Assembly: GCA_028023455.1 (NCBI GenBank)
Contig: JAQFVV010000005.1
Location: 23,064,001-23,128,000 of the forward strand
Length of the DNA: 64,000 bases
Reading direction: 5' to 3'
DNA from: Epiperipatus broadwayi
Lineage: Eukaryota; Animalia; Onychophora
The number at the start of each line of letters is the position of its first letter. Positions within the stretch are counted from its first letter, which is position 1. A program made the position numbers and the translations under genes. Below the pieces are notes generated by a model. The model was not told where the DNA came from. It did no database searches and saw only the letters and a list, made by a program, of their open reading frames with translations. This document shows, piece after piece, positions 61,341 through 64,000 of the stretch.

Positions 61341-64000
61341 TGGTATAGATATATAAACGAAAGGTTTCTATGATTAAGCTTTTATTTTCTATTAAAAAGG
61401 AGCAATTACTTCATTCTAACACTATCTTGGTTTGGTACTTATTAAAACAAACTTCAAGTGTGTATGTACTTATATGTCTGTTTACATATAGAAAAACGAT
61501 ACCACATATCTAACTTATTATCTCAGTTTATGTTTTTCATGGATTCAGTTTAATGCTGTGGACATATAAGGGTTGGTTTGAACTAGATTGTAAGCTGTCC
61601 TTTCACTTGTAATAAACACCTTTGATGCCAAAAATAGTTATGTTTATGTATGTATGATTTTCTTCATTTTGATTTAATATGAGGCCTTGATAAAAAACAG
61701 TCTCCTTAGCTATTTCAATTTCCACTCTGAATTCTTTAATCATAACTTTCATCATCAGTTATACAATCATACAAATATTTATGAGCAGTCTAATTTCCTG
61801 TCCAATATTTACATTTATTTTTTCTTTTATCTCACCATCTATTTTAATATCTTTTGCTTTATTTATTTTCATCTCAAATCTTGTACAAATATTATCAGTT
61901 AAACTTATTTTCATTATTTATAAATACCTTTAATATATTAGTACAAAGTATTCTTTTATCTTGTACTAGTAACTCAGATAAAAATGAATTAATCCAGCCA
62001 CACTTTGGGAAACTATTTTTTTTGTACCGGTTAACCTTGAGGGACGACCTTTAAATATGACTAAACAATTGCAAATTTCATAATCACATTTAAAGGAGAT
62101 AATAATGGAGATGATTGAACCTAAAACAGGTTATATTTCCCAGTTACCTCCCAAAAATTATCACTAGTATTTTGAAATAGTTTTTTTTTCCCACTCAGCG
62201 ATGGGCGCCATGCTGAATGAACCAATTTCAAATATCAGAATCCTTAAATTCACAGAACATTCCGGCATTTTGCTCATTGGTTAAACAGTCGCTCTAACTA
62301 AAATATATATTTTTTCTCTTAACTGATAACTGCTAAAATGACCATTTGCAAACGAAAAAGCACTGGCTACTTGAATTTTTAAAACTAATAATCATTTATT
62401 CAACAATTAAAATTATTCACATATATATACATGCACACACACAAAATTAAAACTAATTATTTTAAAATGCATTAATATAGCAAAGCATATAAAAATAAAT
62501 GGATAACAATGACTGAGCAACTAATACATATAAAATGCATGTTAATAAAGAAATCAGATTGTTCTGACTTAAGGCCGTTACAATATATTGTTTTTTAAGT
62601 TCCAATAAGAATAGTTAAACGTTCAACTGTGTGTTAGAAAAATATATTTGTAAACTTTAATATTTGTGTTCTATTTTTGCGCAGCATGCAGCTTCTATGG
62701 GACACCAGTGCAGGCCAGACAAGCCTCGCGTTATGTGCAGAGAGCGACACGAATTGCGAAGAAAAGTGAAATAGACATGTTATATCACCTCTGACGTACA
62801 TGCCATGAATAAAAAAGAGACATATCTAAGAAGTGGCAGATCTAGATCTATTCCACCCTTATTTGCATATTTAGTCCGCCCTAATTTACATAGTTTACTT
62901 TTTGAAAATGAAGGCTTAGACCTTTGAAAGCGCTTGAATAAATCGATATAAAAAGTTTGTCATTCATTTGATTTACGGTGATAATATTATATATATTTAA
63001 GTTATACGTGTGTATTTTCATATTAACACAAATATTAGAGTTTACAAAAGGAATAGTCTTACCATGGTATTTTATCTTTTTAGTATTCCTCAGAATGGCA
63101 TAAAAATCATAACTTTCTCTCTGTCAAATGGTTTCCTTTTACATGTGCTGTTTTCAAGATAAAAATAAAGGCAATCAAAGAACACATTTTCCATAGGCAT
63201 TTTAAATTAATCCTGAGTTAGGCATTGACGTTGGAGTTCAGGAAGCTCCAGAAGAAATCTACATAGTTTATGGTGAGTTAGTACACTTTAGTGCCTAGTA
63301 GTACACATTCTCTGGCTGTATTAACAAATAATCCTTGGGTTCCATATTTCTGACAAGGACGATTTTAGTTTCATAAACTACAGTAAACCATGAAATAATT
63401 TCTTTGCCACGTTAAGAATACACAAAAGCAAAAAAAAAAATGTAATGCTAATTTCCAGTCCAGATCCAATTAAAAAAACGATGTGTCCTTTTCTTTTTTA
63501 TTCTCTTTCTTATCCATTCTTTTACTTTTTAAAAAAAATTAAATATACAATAGATCAATAATTAAATAACAGAATAAATTGGAGACTTCTTATCTTTTAA
63601 GTACAGTTTGTAGATTCACTTTTTTATCAGTAAATCTAAACAAATTAATTTTCTTTTTTCAAACAAAAAATTGAAATATATTTATTTCATTTTTTTTTTT
63701 TTTTTAATTTCAGCCACCTTACATGGATTTAAGTTATTTATTAAAATTAATTTTAATAAATGTTATGTTTTCTTCATATTTTTACTTGTTTATTTAACCC
63801 GTATATATTTCATCAATGCACACACATACATGCACATTCTTAATAATAATATTTTTAATTTAAAAGAACTTTAAATATTGTTTAACAATTGAGTACATGC
63901 TTGCTATGCTGAGTGATCACTAAATATCTCCAAAATTAATTCTATTATAATAAAAGTAGCCGACATTTAGCAACATATATGAGTGCAACAGGAAATAAAA

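Noticed and set aside
62200-62810. CpG-richer patches near the window end
   Set aside because: Probably TE fragments, but no TIR, TSD or coding motif could be established
2133-63874. Most 60-110-aa ORFs in the supplied track
   Set aside because: AT-rich chance ORFs, antisense shadows of LINEs, or intron read-through around real exons; no recognisable domains
58730-64000. Next SLC6 exon (end of TM8 to TM9)
   Set aside because: No phase-0 exon with a matching peptide found; the gene likely continues beyond the window

Overview
AT-rich, repeat-dense eukaryotic (invertebrate, probably arthropod) genomic DNA. The only host gene I can support is a + strand SLC6 (sodium:neurotransmitter symporter) gene of the inebriated (ine) type. 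Six internal coding exons (15348-15573, 23386-23518, 24664-24798, 37033-37136, 56068-56192, 58617-58729) have AG/GT boundaries and matching phases, and splice into one open frame covering roughly TM3-TM8. The first and last exons were not found and probably lie outside the window. The introns (1-19 kb) are filled with mobile DNA: a near-full-length RTE LINE, a second APE+RT LINE family (one 3.4-kb copy with a 12-bp TSD and a head-to-tail trimer of 3' ends), many Penelope-like (PLE) fragments in inverted or partial-tandem form, hAT and MULE-like non-autonomous DNA transposons, Gypsy relics, a probable LTR, and small tandem arrays. The least obvious signal is self-cleaving RNA: about eleven minimal type-I hammerhead ribozyme motifs in several sequence families on both strands, plus an HDV-like ribozyme fold at the 5' end of the RTE. 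The transporter also carries Asp at the TM7 position that is usually Asn in the Na1/Cl- site. All calls are by eye with no database searches; TE boundaries are approximate unless a TSD is quoted.
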